Of a DNA stretch of 64,000 nucleotides, positions 52,804-64,000 are shown piece after piece. A program made the translations under genes and the position numbers. Origin of the DNA: Eledone cirrhosa (taxonomy: Eukaryota); NCBI GenBank assembly GCA_964016885.1, contig OZ024741.1:261516001-261580000 (forward strand). Reading direction: 5' to 3'. The notes below the pieces were generated by a model that worked only from the letters and a program-made list of their open reading frames with translations, had not been told where the DNA came from and ran no database searches. Positions within the stretch are counted from its first letter, which is position 1. Every line of letters starts with the position of its first letter.

Positions 52804-55800
52804 TTTCGCTTTACGAGTGTTTCGACTTACGAGTGTTTCGACTAACGGGTGTTTTGACTTACGGGTGTTTCGGCTTACGAGTGTTTTGACTTACGAGTGT
52901 TTTGACTTAAGGGTGTTTCGACTTACGAGTATTTTTGGCTTACGAGTGTTTCGACTTACGAGTGTTTTGACTTACGAGTGTTCTGATTTACGGATGTTTC
53001 GACATACGAGTGTTTCGACTTACGAGTGTTTCGACTTATGAGTGTTTCGACTTACGAGTGTTTCGACTTACGAGTGTTTCGGCTTATGAGTGTTTCGACT
53101 TACGAGTGTTTTGACATACGGTGTTTCGGCTTACGAGTGTTTCGACTTACGAGTGTTTTGACTTACGGGTGTTTTGACATACGAGTGTTTCGATACGAGT
53201 GTTCTGACTTACGAGTGTTCTGACTTACGAGTGTTTTGACTCACGAGTGTTCTGACTTACGAGTGTTCCGACTTACGAGTGTTCCGACTTACGAGTGTTT
53301 TGGCTTACGAGTGTTTCCGGCTTACGAGTGTTTCGACTTACGAGTGTTTTGACTTACGGTGTTTCGGCTTACGAGTGATTCGACTTACGAGTGTTTTGAC
53401 TTACGGGTGTTTCGGCTTGCGAGTGTTTCGACTTACGAGTGTTTCGGCTTATGAGTGTTTCGACTTACTAATGTTTTTACTTACGAGTGTTTCGGCGTAC
53501 GAGTGTTTTGACTTACGAGTGTTTCGATTTACGAGTGTTTCGGCTTGCGAGTGTTTCGACTTACTAATGTTTTTACTTACGAGTGTTTCGGCGTACGAGT
53601 GTTTCGGCTTACGAGTGTTTCGACTTACGAGTGTTTTGACTTACGGGTGATTTGACTTACGGGTGTTGTGAATTACGAGTGTTCCGATTTACGAGTGTTT
53701 TGACTTACGGTGTTTCGGCTTACGAGTGATTCGACTTACGAATGTTTTGACTTACGGGTGTTTCGGCTTGCGAGTGTTTCGACTTACGAGTGTTTCGGCT
53801 TATGGGTGTTTCGACTTACTAATATTTTTACTTACGAGTGTTTCGGCGTACGAGTGTTTTGACTTACGAGTGTTTCGACTTACGAGTGTTTCGACTTACG
53901 AGTGTTTCGGCTTACGTGAGTTTCGACTTAAGAGTGTTCTGATTTACGAGTGTTCTGACTTGCGGGTGTTCTGATTTACGAGTGTTCCGACTTACGAGTG
54001 TTTCGGCTTATGAGTGTTTCGAATTACGAGTGTTTCGGCTTACGAGTGTTTCGACTTATGGGTGTTTCGACTTACGAGTGTTTTTACTTACGGTGTTTCG
54101 GCTTACGAGTGTTTCGACATACGAGTGTTTTGACTTACGGGTGTTTCGACTTACGAGTGTTTTGACTTACGAATGTTTTGACTTACGGGTGTTTCGGCTT
54201 ACGAGTGTTTCGACTTACGAGTGTTTCGGCTTACGAGTGTTTCGACTTACTAATGTTCTTACTTACGAGTGTTTCGGCTTACGAGTGTTTCGACTTACGA
54301 GTCTTTCGGCTTACGAGTGTTTCGACTTACTAATGTTTTTACTTACGAGTGTTTCGGCGTACGAGTGTTTCGACTTACGAGTGTTTCGACTAACGGGTGT
54401 TTTGACTTACGGGTGTTTCGGCTTACGAGTGTTTTGACTTACGAGTGTTTTGACTTAAGGGTGTTTCGACTTACGAGTATTTTTGGCTTACGAGTGTTTC
54501 GACTTACGAGTGTTTTGACTTACGAGTGTTTCGACTTACGAGTGTTTCGACTTATGAGTGTTTCGACTTACGAGTGTTTCGAATTACGAGTGTTTCGGCT
54601 TATGAGTGTTTCGACTTACGAGTGTTTTGACTTATGGTGTTTCGGCTTACGAGTGTTTCGACTTACGAGTGATTCGGCTTGCGAGTGTTTCGACTTACTA
54701 ATGTTTTTACTTACGAGTTTTTCGGCGTACGAGTGTTTCGACTTACGAGTGTTTTGGCTTACGAGTGTTTTGACTTAAGGGTGTTTCGACTTACGAGTGT
54801 TTCGATACGAGTGTTTCGACTTACGAGTGTTTCGGCTTACGAGTGTTTCGACTTACGAGTGTTTCGACTTACGAGTGTTCTGATTTACGGATGTTTCGAA
54901 ATACGAGCGTTTCGACTTACGAGTGTTTCGACTTACGAGTGTTTTGACATACGGGTGTTTTGACATACGAATGTTTCGATACGAGTGTTCTGACTTACGA
55001 GTGTTCTGACTTACGAGTGTTCTGACTTACGAGTGTTCTGACTTACGAGTGTTCCGACTTACGAGTGTTCCGACTTACGAGTGTTTCGGCTTACGAGTGT
55101 TTCGGCTTACGAGTGTTTCGACTTACGAGTGTTCCGACTTACGGGTGTTTCGACTTACGAGTGTTTTGGCTTACGGTGTTTCGGCTTACGAGTGTTTCGA
55201 CTTACGATTGTTTTGACTTACGGCTGTTTTGACATACGAGTGTTTCGATACGAGTGCTCTGACTTACGAGTGTTCTGACTTACGAGTGTTCTGACTTACG
55301 AGTGTTCTGACTTACGGGTGTTCTGACTTACGAGTGTACCGACTTACGAGTGTTTCGGCTAATGAGTGTTTCGACTTACGGGCGTTTCGACTTACGGGTG
55401 TTTCGACTTACGAGTGTTTTGACTTACGAGTGTTCTGACTTACGAGTGTTCTGACTTACGAGTGTTCCGACTTACGACTGTTTCGATTTACGAGTGTTTT
55501 GACTTACGAGTGTTCCGACTTACGAGTGTTTCGGCTTACGGGTGTTTCGACGTACGAGTATTTTTGGCTTACGAGTGTTTCGACTTACGAGTGTTTTGAA
55601 TTACGATTGTTTCGGCTTACGAGTGTTTCGACTTACGAGTATTTCGACTTACGAGTGTTTTGACTTACGGGTATTTTGACATACGAGTGTTTCGATACGA
55701 GTGCTCTTATTTACGAGTGTTCTGACTTACGAGTGTTCTCACTTACGAGTGTTCTGACTTACGGGTGTTCTGACTTACGTGTATTCCGACTTACGAGTGT

Positions 55801-57754
55801 TTCGGCTATGGGTGTTTCGACTTACGAGTGTTTCGACTAACGAATGTTTTGGCTTACGAGTGTTTCGGCTTATTGGTGTTTCGACTTACGAGTGTTTCGA
55901 CTTACGAGTGTTTTGACTTACGGTGTTTCGGCTTACAAGTTATTCGACATACGAGTGTTTCGACTTACGGGTGTTTCGACTTACGAGTGTTTCGAGTTAT
56001 GAGTGTTTCGACTTACGAGTGTTCTGACTTACGAGTGTTCTGACTTGCGAGTGTTCCGACTTACGAGTGTTTCGGCTTACGAGTGTTTCGACATACGAGT
56101 GTTTTGACTTACGGATGTTTCGACTTACGGGTGTTTCGACTTACGAGTGTTTCGACATACGAGTGTTCTGACTACGAGTGTTCTGACTTACGGGTGCTCT
56201 GACTTACGAGTGTTTCGACTTACGAGTGTTTCGACTTACGAGTGTTTCGACTTACGAGTGTTTCGGCTTACGAGTGTTTCGACTTAAGAGTGTTCTGATT
56301 TACGAGTGTTCTGACTTGCGGGTGTTCTGATTTACGAGTGTTCCGACTTACGAGTGTTTCGGCTTATGAGTGTTTCGACTTACGAGTGTTTCGGCTTACG
56401 AGTGTTTCGACTTATGGGCGTTTCGACTTACGAGTGTTTTTACTTACGGTGTTTCGGCTTACGAGTACTTCGACATACGAGTGTTTTGACTTACGTGTGT
56501 TTCGACTTACGAGTGTTTTGACTTACGAATGTTTTGACTTACGAGTGTTTCGGCGTACGAGAGTTTTGACTTACGAGTGTTTCTACTTACGAGTGTTTCG
56601 ACTTACGAGTGTTTTGACTTACGAATGTTTTGACTTACGGGTGTTTCGGCTTACGAGTGTTTCGACTTACGAGTCTTTCGGCTTACGAGTGTTTCGACTT
56701 ACTAATGTTTTTACTTACGAGTGTTTCGACTTACGAGTGTTTCGGCTTACGAGTGTTTCGACTTACTAATGTTTTTACTTACGAGTGTTTCGGCGTACGA
56801 GTGTTTCGACTTACGAGTGTTTTTACTTAAGGGTGTTTCGACTTACGAGTATTTTTGGCTTACGAGTGTTTCGACTTACGAGTGTTTTGACTTACGAGTG
56901 TTCTGATTTACGGATGTTTCGACATACGAGTGTTTTGACTTACGATGTTTCGACTTACGAGTGTTTCGACTTACGAGTGTTCTGACTTACGAGTGTTCTG
57001 ACTTACGAGTGTTCCGGCTTACGAGTTTTTCGACTTACGAGTGTTTCGACTTACGAGTGTTTCGACTTACGAGTGTTTCGGCTTACGAGTGGTTTGACTT
57101 ACGAGTGTTCTGACTACGAGTGTTCTGACTTACGAGTGTTTCGGCTTATGAGTGTTTCGACTTACGAGTGTTTCGGTTTATGAGTGTTTCGACTTACGAG
57201 TGTTTCGGCTTACGAGTGTTTCGACTTACGAGTGTTTCGACTTACGGGTGTTTCGACTTACGAGTGTTTCGTCTACGAGTGTTTCGACTTACGAGTGTAT
57301 CGGCTTACGAGTGTTTCGACATACGGGTGTTTCGACTTACGGTGTTTCGGCTTACGAGTGTTTCGACTTACGAGTGTTCTGACTTACGAGTGTTCTGACT
57401 TATGAGTGTTCTGACTTACGAGTGTTCCGACTTACGAGTGTTTCGGCTTACGAGTGTTTCGGCTTACGAGTGTTTCGACTTACGAGTGTTTCGACTTACG
57501 AGTGTTTCGACTTATGAGTGTTTTGACTTATGGTGTTTCGGCTTACGAGTGTTTCGACTTACGAGTGTTTTGACTTACTGGTGTTTTGACATACGAGTGT
57601 TTCGATACGAGTGTTTCGACTTACGAGTGTTCTGACTTACGAGTGTTCTGACTTACGAGTGTTCTGACTTACGAGTGTTCTGACTTACGAGTGTTCCGAC
57701 TTACGAGTGTTTCGGCTCACGAGTGTTTCGGCTTACGAGTGTTTCGACTTACGA

Positions 57755-57823
57755 AAATAACAAATAGACGCGGTTTCAAATCTCTATGCTTTTCAAATTC
57801 AGTACATTAATCTTTATTTATAC
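57755..57823. repeat. 69-bp AT-rich insert, allele B
   Basis: Same sequence as the 6204 copy. Lies at the end of 5.1-kb HOR unit 2. Confidence 0.95.
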
Positions 57824-60800
57824 TTTCGCTTTACGAGTGTTTCGACTTACGAGTGTTTCGACTAACGGGTGTTTTGACTTACGGGTGTTTCGGCTTACGA
57901 GTGTTTTGACTTACGAGTGTTTTGACTTAAGGGTGTTTCGACTTACGAGTATTTTTGGCTTACGAGTGTTTCGACTTACGAGTGTTTTGACTTACGAGTG
58001 TTCTGATTTACGGATGTTTCGACATACGAGTGTTTCGACTTACGAGTGTTTCGACTTATGAGTGTTTCGACTTACGAGTGTTTCGACTTACGAGTGTTTC
58101 GGCTTATGAGTGTTTCGACTTACGAGTGTTTTGACATACGGTGTTTCGGCTTACGAGTGTTTCGACTTACGAGTGTTTTGACTTACGGGTGTTTTGACAT
58201 ACGAGTGTTTCGATACGAGTGTTCTGACTTACGAGTGTTCTGACTTACGAGTGTTTTGACTCACGAGTGTTCTGACTTACGAGTGTTCCGACTTACGAGT
58301 GTTCCGACTTACGAGTGTTTTGGCTTACGAGTGTTTCCGGCTTACGAGTGTTTCGACTTACGAGTGTTTTGACTTACGGTGTTTCGGCTTACGAGTGATT
58401 CGACTTACGAGTGTTTTGACTTACGGGTGTTTCGGCTTGCGAGTGTTTCGACTTACGAGTGTTTCGGCTTATGAGTGTTTCGACTTACTAATGTTTTTAC
58501 TTACGAGTGTTTCGGCGTACGAGTGTTTTGACTTACGAGTGTTTCGATTTACGAGTGTTTCGGCTTGCGAGTGTTTCGACTTACTAATGTTTTTACTTAC
58601 GAGTGTTTCGGCGTACGAGTGTTTCGGCTTACGAGTGTTTCGACTTACGAGTGTTTTGACTTACGGGTGATTTGACTTACGGGTGTTGTGAATTACGAGT
58701 GTTCCGATTTACGAGTGTTTTGACTTACGGTGTTTCGGCTTACGAGTGATTCGACTTACGAATGTTTTGACTTACGGGTGTTTCGGCTTGCGAGTGTTTC
58801 GACTTACGAGTGTTTCGGCTTATGGGTGTTTCGACTTACTAATATTTTTACTTACGAGTGTTTCGGCGTACGAGTGTTTTGACTTACGAGTGTTTCGACT
58901 TACGAGTGTTTCGACTTACGAGTGTTTCGGCTTACGTGAGTTTCGACTTAAGAGTGTTCTGATTTACGAGTGTTCTGACTTGCGGGTGTTCTGATTTACG
59001 AGTGTTCCGACTTACGAGTGTTTCGGCTTATGAGTGTTTCGAATTACGAGTGTTTCGGCTTACGAGTGTTTCGACTTATGGGTGTTTCGACTTACGAGTG
59101 TTTTTACTTACGGTGTTTCGGCTTACGAGTGTTTCGACATACGAGTGTTTTGACTTACGGGTGTTTCGACTTACGAGTGTTTTGACTTACGAATGTTTTG
59201 ACTTACGGGTGTTTCGGCTTACGAGTGTTTCGACTTACGAGTGTTTCGGCTTACGAGTGTTTCGACTTACTAATGTTCTTACTTACGAGTGTTTCGGCTT
59301 ACGAGTGTTTCGACTTACGAGTCTTTCGGCTTACGAGTGTTTCGACTTACTAATGTTTTTACTTACGAGTGTTTCGGCGTACGAGTGTTTCGACTTACGA
59401 GTGTTTCGACTAACGGGTGTTTTGACTTACGGGTGTTTCGGCTTACGAGTGTTTTGACTTACGAGTGTTTTGACTTAAGGGTGTTTCGACTTACGAGTAT
59501 TTTTGGCTTACGAGTGTTTCGACTTACGAGTGTTTTGACTTACGAGTGTTTCGACTTACGAGTGTTTCGACTTATGAGTGTTTCGACTTACGAGTGTTTC
59601 GAATTACGAGTGTTTCGGCTTATGAGTGTTTCGACTTACGAGTGTTTTGACTTATGGTGTTTCGGCTTACGAGTGTTTCGACTTACGAGTGATTCGGCTT
59701 GCGAGTGTTTCGACTTACTAATGTTTTTACTTACGAGTTTTTCGGCGTACGAGTGTTTCGACTTACGAGTGTTTCGACTTACGGGTGTTTTGACTTAAGG
59801 GTGTTTCGACTTACAAGTGTTTCGACTTACGAGTGTTTCGACTTACGAGTGTTCTGACTTACGAGTGTTCTGATTTACGGATGTTTCGACATACGAGTGT
59901 TTCGACTTACGAGTGTTTTGGCTTACGAGTGTTTTGACTTAAGGGTGTTTCGACTTACGAGTGTTTCGATACGAGTGTTTCGACTTACGAGTGTTTCGGC
60001 TTACGAGTGTTTCGACTTACGAGTGTTTCGACTTACGAGTGTTCTGATTTACGGATGTTTCGAAATACGAGCGTTTCGACTTACGAGTGTTTCGACTTAC
60101 GAGTGTTTTGACATACGGGTGTTTTGACATACGAATGTTTCGATACGAGTGTTCTGACTTACGAGTGTTCTGACTTACGAGTGTTCTGACTTACGAGTGT
60201 TCTGACTTACGAGTGTTCCGACTTACGAGTGTTCCGACTTACGAGTGTTTCGGCTTACGAGTGTTTCGGCTTACGAGTGTTTCGACTTACGAGTGTTCCG
60301 ACTTACGGGTGTTTCGACTTACGAGTGTTTTGGCTTACGGTGTTTCGGCTTACGAGTGTTTCGACTTACGATTGTTTTGACTTACGGCTGTTTTGACATA
60401 CGAGTGTTTCGATACGAGTGCTCTGACTTACGAGTGTTCTGACTTACGAGTGTTCTGACTTACGAGTGTTCTGACTTACGGGTGTTCTGACTTACGAGTG
60501 TACCGACTTACGAGTGTTTCGGCTAATGAGTGTTTCGACTTACGGGCGTTTCGACTTACGGGTGTTTCGACTTACGAGTGTTTTGACTTACGAGTGTTCT
60601 GACTTACGAGTGTTCTGACTTACGAGTGTTCCGACTTACGACTGTTTCGATTTACGAGTGTTTTGACTTACGAGTGTTCCGACTTACGAGTGTTTCGGCT
60701 TACGGGTGTTTCGACGTACGAGTATTTTTGGCTTACGAGTGTTTCGACTTACGAGTGTTTTGAATTACGATTGTTTCGGCTTACGAGTGTTTCGACTTAC

Positions 60801-62918
60801 GAGTATTTCGACTTACGAGTGTTTTGACTTACGGGTATTTTGACATACGAGTGTTTCGATACGAGTGCTCTTATTTACGAGTGTTCTGACTTACGAGTGT
60901 TCTCACTTACGAGTGTTCTGACTTACGGGTGTTCTGACTTACGTGTATTCCGACTTACGAGTGTTTCGGCTATGGGTGTTTCGACTTACGAGTGTTTCGA
61001 CTAACGAATGTTTTGGCTTACGAGTGTTTCGGCTTATTGGTGTTTCGACTTACGAGTGTTTCGACTTACGAGTGTTTTGACTTACGGTGTTTCGGCTTAC
61101 AAGTTATTCGACATACGAGTGTTTCGACTTACGGGTGTTTCGACTTACGAGTGTTTCGAGTTATGAGTGTTTCGACTTACGAGTGTTCTGACTTACGAGT
61201 GTTCTGACTTGCGAGTGTTCCGACTTACGAGTGTTTCGGCTTACGAGTGTTTCGACATACGAGTGTTTTGACTTACGGATGTTTCGACTTACGGGTGTTT
61301 CGACTTACGAGTGTTTCGACATACGAGTGTTCTGACTACGAGTGTTCTGACTTACGGGTGCTCTGACTTACGAGTGTTTCGACTTACGAGTGTTTCGACT
61401 TACGAGTGTTTCGACTTACGAGTGTTTCGGCTTACGAGTGTTTCGACTTAAGAGTGTTCTGATTTACGAGTGTTCTGACTTGCGGGTGTTCTGATTTACG
61501 AGTGTTCCGACTTACGAGTGTTTCGGCTTATGAGTGTTTCGACTTACGAGTGTTTCGGCTTACGAGTGTTTCGACTTATGGGCGTTTCGACTTACGAGTG
61601 TTTTTACTTACGGTGTTTCGGCTTACGAGTACTTCGACATACGAGTGTTTTGACTTACGTGTGTTTCGACTTACGAGTGTTTTGACTTACGAATGTTTTG
61701 ACTTACGAGTGTTTCGGCGTACGAGAGTTTTGACTTACGAGTGTTTCTACTTACGAGTGTTTCGACTTACGAGTGTTTTGACTTACGAATGTTTTGACTT
61801 ACGGGTGTTTCGGCTTACGAGTGTTTCGACTTACGAGTCTTTCGGCTTACGAGTGTTTCGACTTACTAATGTTTTTACTTACGAGTGTTTCGACTTACGA
61901 GTGTTTCGGCTTACGAGTGTTTCGACTTACTAATGTTTTTACTTACGAGTGTTTCGGCGTACGAGTGTTTCGACTTACGAGTGTTTTTACTTAAGGGTGT
62001 TTCGACTTACGAGTATTTTTGGCTTACGAGTGTTTCGACTTACGAGTGTTTTGACTTACGAGTGTTCTGATTTACGGATGTTTCGACATACGAGTGTTTT
62101 GACTTACGATGTTTCGACTTACGAGTGTTTCGACTTACGAGTGTTCTGACTTACGAGTGTTCTGACTTACGAGTGTTCCGGCTTACGAGTTTTTCGACTT
62201 ACGAGTGTTTCGACTTACGAGTGTTTCGACTTACGAGTGTTTCGGCTTACGAGTGGTTTGACTTACGAGTGTTCTGACTACGAGTGTTCTGACTTACGAG
62301 TGTTTCGGCTTATGAGTGTTTCGACTTACGAGTGTTTCGGTTTATGAGTGTTTCGACTTACGAGTGTTTCGGCTTACGAGTGTTTCGACTTACGAGTGTT
62401 TCGACTTACGGGTGTTTCGACTTACGAGTGTTTCGTCTACGAGTGTTTCGACTTACGAGTGTATCGGCTTACGAGTGTTTCGACATACGGGTGTTTCGAC
62501 TTACGGTGTTTCGGCTTACGAGTGTTTCGACTTACGAGTGTTCTGACTTACGAGTGTTCTGACTTATGAGTGTTCTGACTTACGAGTGTTCCGACTTACG
62601 AGTGTTTCGGCTTACGAGTGTTTCGGCTTACGAGTGTTTCGACTTACGAGTGTTTCGACTTACGAGTGTTTCGACTTATGAGTGTTTTGACTTATGGTGT
62701 TTCGGCTTACGAGTGTTTCGACTTACGAGTGTTTTGACTTACTGGTGTTTTGACATACGAGTGTTTCGATACGAGTGTTTCGACTTACGAGTGTTCTGAC
62801 TTACGAGTGTTCTGACTTACGAGTGTTCTGACTTACGAGTGTTCTGACTTACGAGTGTTCCGACTTACGAGTGTTTCGGCTCACGAGTGTTTCGGCTTAC
62901 GAGTGTTTCGACTTACGA

Positions 62919-62987
62919 AAATAACAAATAGACGCGGTTTCAAATCTCTATGCTTTTCAAATTCAGTACATTAATCTTTATTTATAC
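62919..62987. repeat. 69-bp AT-rich insert, allele B
   Basis: Same sequence as the 6204 copy. Lies at the end of 5.1-kb HOR unit 3. Confidence 0.95.
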
Positions 62988-64000
62988 TTTCGCTTTACGA
63001 GTGTTTCGACTTAAGAGTGTTTCGACTTACGAGTGTTTCGGCTTACGAGTGTTTTGACTTTCGAGTGTTTTGACTTACATGTGTTTCGACTTACGCGTGT
63101 TTCGACTTACGAGTGTTTCGACTTGCGAGTGTTTCGACTACGGGTGTTTCGACTTACGAATGTTTTGACTTACGGATGTTTTGACTTACGGGTGTTTCGG
63201 CTTACGAGTGTTTCGACTTACGAGTGTTCTGACTTACGAGTGTTCTGACTTACGAGTGTTCTGACTTACGAGTGTTCCGACTTACGAGTGTTTCGACTTA
63301 AGAGTGTTTCGGATTACGAGTGCTTCGACTTACGAGTGTTTCGGCTTACGAGTGTTTCGGCTTACGAGTGTTTTGACTTACGAGTGTTCTGACTACGAGT
63401 GTTCTGACTTACGGGTGTTCTGACTTACGAGTGTTCCGACTTACGAGTGTTTCGGCTAATGAGTGTTTCGACTTACGGGCGTTTCGACTTACGGGTGTTT
63501 CGACTTACGAGTGTTTTGACTTACGAGTGTTCTGACTTACGAGTGTTCTGACTTACGAGAGTTCCGACTTACGACTGTTTCGACTTACGAGTGTTTTGAC
63601 TTACGAGTGTTCCGACTTACGAGTGTTTCGGCTTACGGGTGTTTTGACGTACGAGTATTTTTGGCTTACGAGTGTTTCTACTTACGAGTGTTTTGAATTA
63701 CGATTGTTTCGGCTTACGAGTGTTTCGACTTACGAGTATTTCGACTTACGAGTTTTTTTACTTACGGTGTTTCGGCTTACGAGTGTTTCGACTTATGTGT
63801 GTTCTGATTTACGGATGTTTCGACATACGAGTGTTTTGACTTACGGTGTTTCGACTTACGAGTGTTTCGACTTACGAGTGTTTCGACTTACGGGTGTTTC
63901 GACTTACGAGTGTTTCGACTTACGAGTGTTTCGACTTACGGGTGTTTCGGCTTACGAGTGTTTCAACTTACGAGTGTTCTGACTTACGAGTGTTCTGACT

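Larger units (their letters stand above)
47648..62995 (+). repeat. Higher-order repeat domain, 3 copies of 5164/5020/5164 bp
   Basis: Units are 47648-52811, 52812-57831 and 57832-62995. ORF entries 47862/53026/58046 and 50061/55081/60245 match. The middle copy lacks 144 bp. Confidence 0.93.
46865..64000 (+). repeat. 16-bp satellite array, right block (same monomer and orientation), open at window end
   Basis: Monomer resumes at about 46865 (ggtgttttgacttacgagtg) and continues to the window end. Confidence 0.99.

Noticed and set aside
68-63982. Hundreds of + strand ORFs encoding (YECFDLRVFRLTSVST)n-like peptides
   Set aside because: The 16-mer has no stop trinucleotide on +, so three monomers give the same 16-aa peptide in all frames. 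Stops come mostly from CGA>TGA. Frequent 14/15-bp monomers shift frame freely, and the minus strand has TAA in nearly every monomer. There is no sign of coding constraint.
1-64000. CRISPR array or a repeat/spacer system built on the 69-bp inserts
   Set aside because: There are no unique spacers, the intervals are kilobases of satellite, and no cas or other genes are present.
1-64000. Telomeric repeat (TG-rich strand, with variants ACGGATGT/GGTGTACG recalling long budding-yeast telomere units)
   Set aside because: A length over 64 kb, heavy monomer heterogeneity, multi-kb HORs and internal inserts fit recombination-driven satellite rather than telomerase products. The similarity is short and limited to minor variants.
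1-64000. Pure assembly or sequencing artefact
   Set aside because: Copy-specific SNVs, indels and structured variant order argue for a real array. Exact HOR copy numbers still need long-read confirmation.

Overview
The window is almost entirely one head-to-tail satellite DNA array with a 16-bp monomer (consensus GACTTACGAGTGTTTC, two CpGs per monomer). It keeps the same orientation from base 1 to 64000 and runs off both ends. Diagnostic monomer variants show nested higher-order repeats (HORs): about 3396 bp (3.9-20 kb, including a 6824-bp tandem duplication), about 3474/3459 bp (20-35.8 kb), about 1497, 573 and 1530 bp locally (35.8-45.5 kb), and 5164/5020 bp (47.6-63 kb). A 69-bp AT-rich non-satellite insert occurs 15 times in two alleles, and several duplication or deletion breakpoints fall next to it. 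The only other interruption is about 720 bp of unique AT-rich DNA (46147-46864). It holds a ~30-bp mini-repeat, a 35-bp hairpin and two diverged copies of a segment resembling the 5' end of a non-autonomous Helitron. All ORFs in the track are best explained as artefacts, because the + strand monomer has no stop codon in any frame. No gene, RNA gene or CRISPR array is supported. The architecture is that of eukaryotic heterochromatic, possibly (peri)centromeric, satellite. Organism and function cannot be determined from this sequence alone. Coordinates and periods were read by eye and from offsets of identical ORF-track entries.
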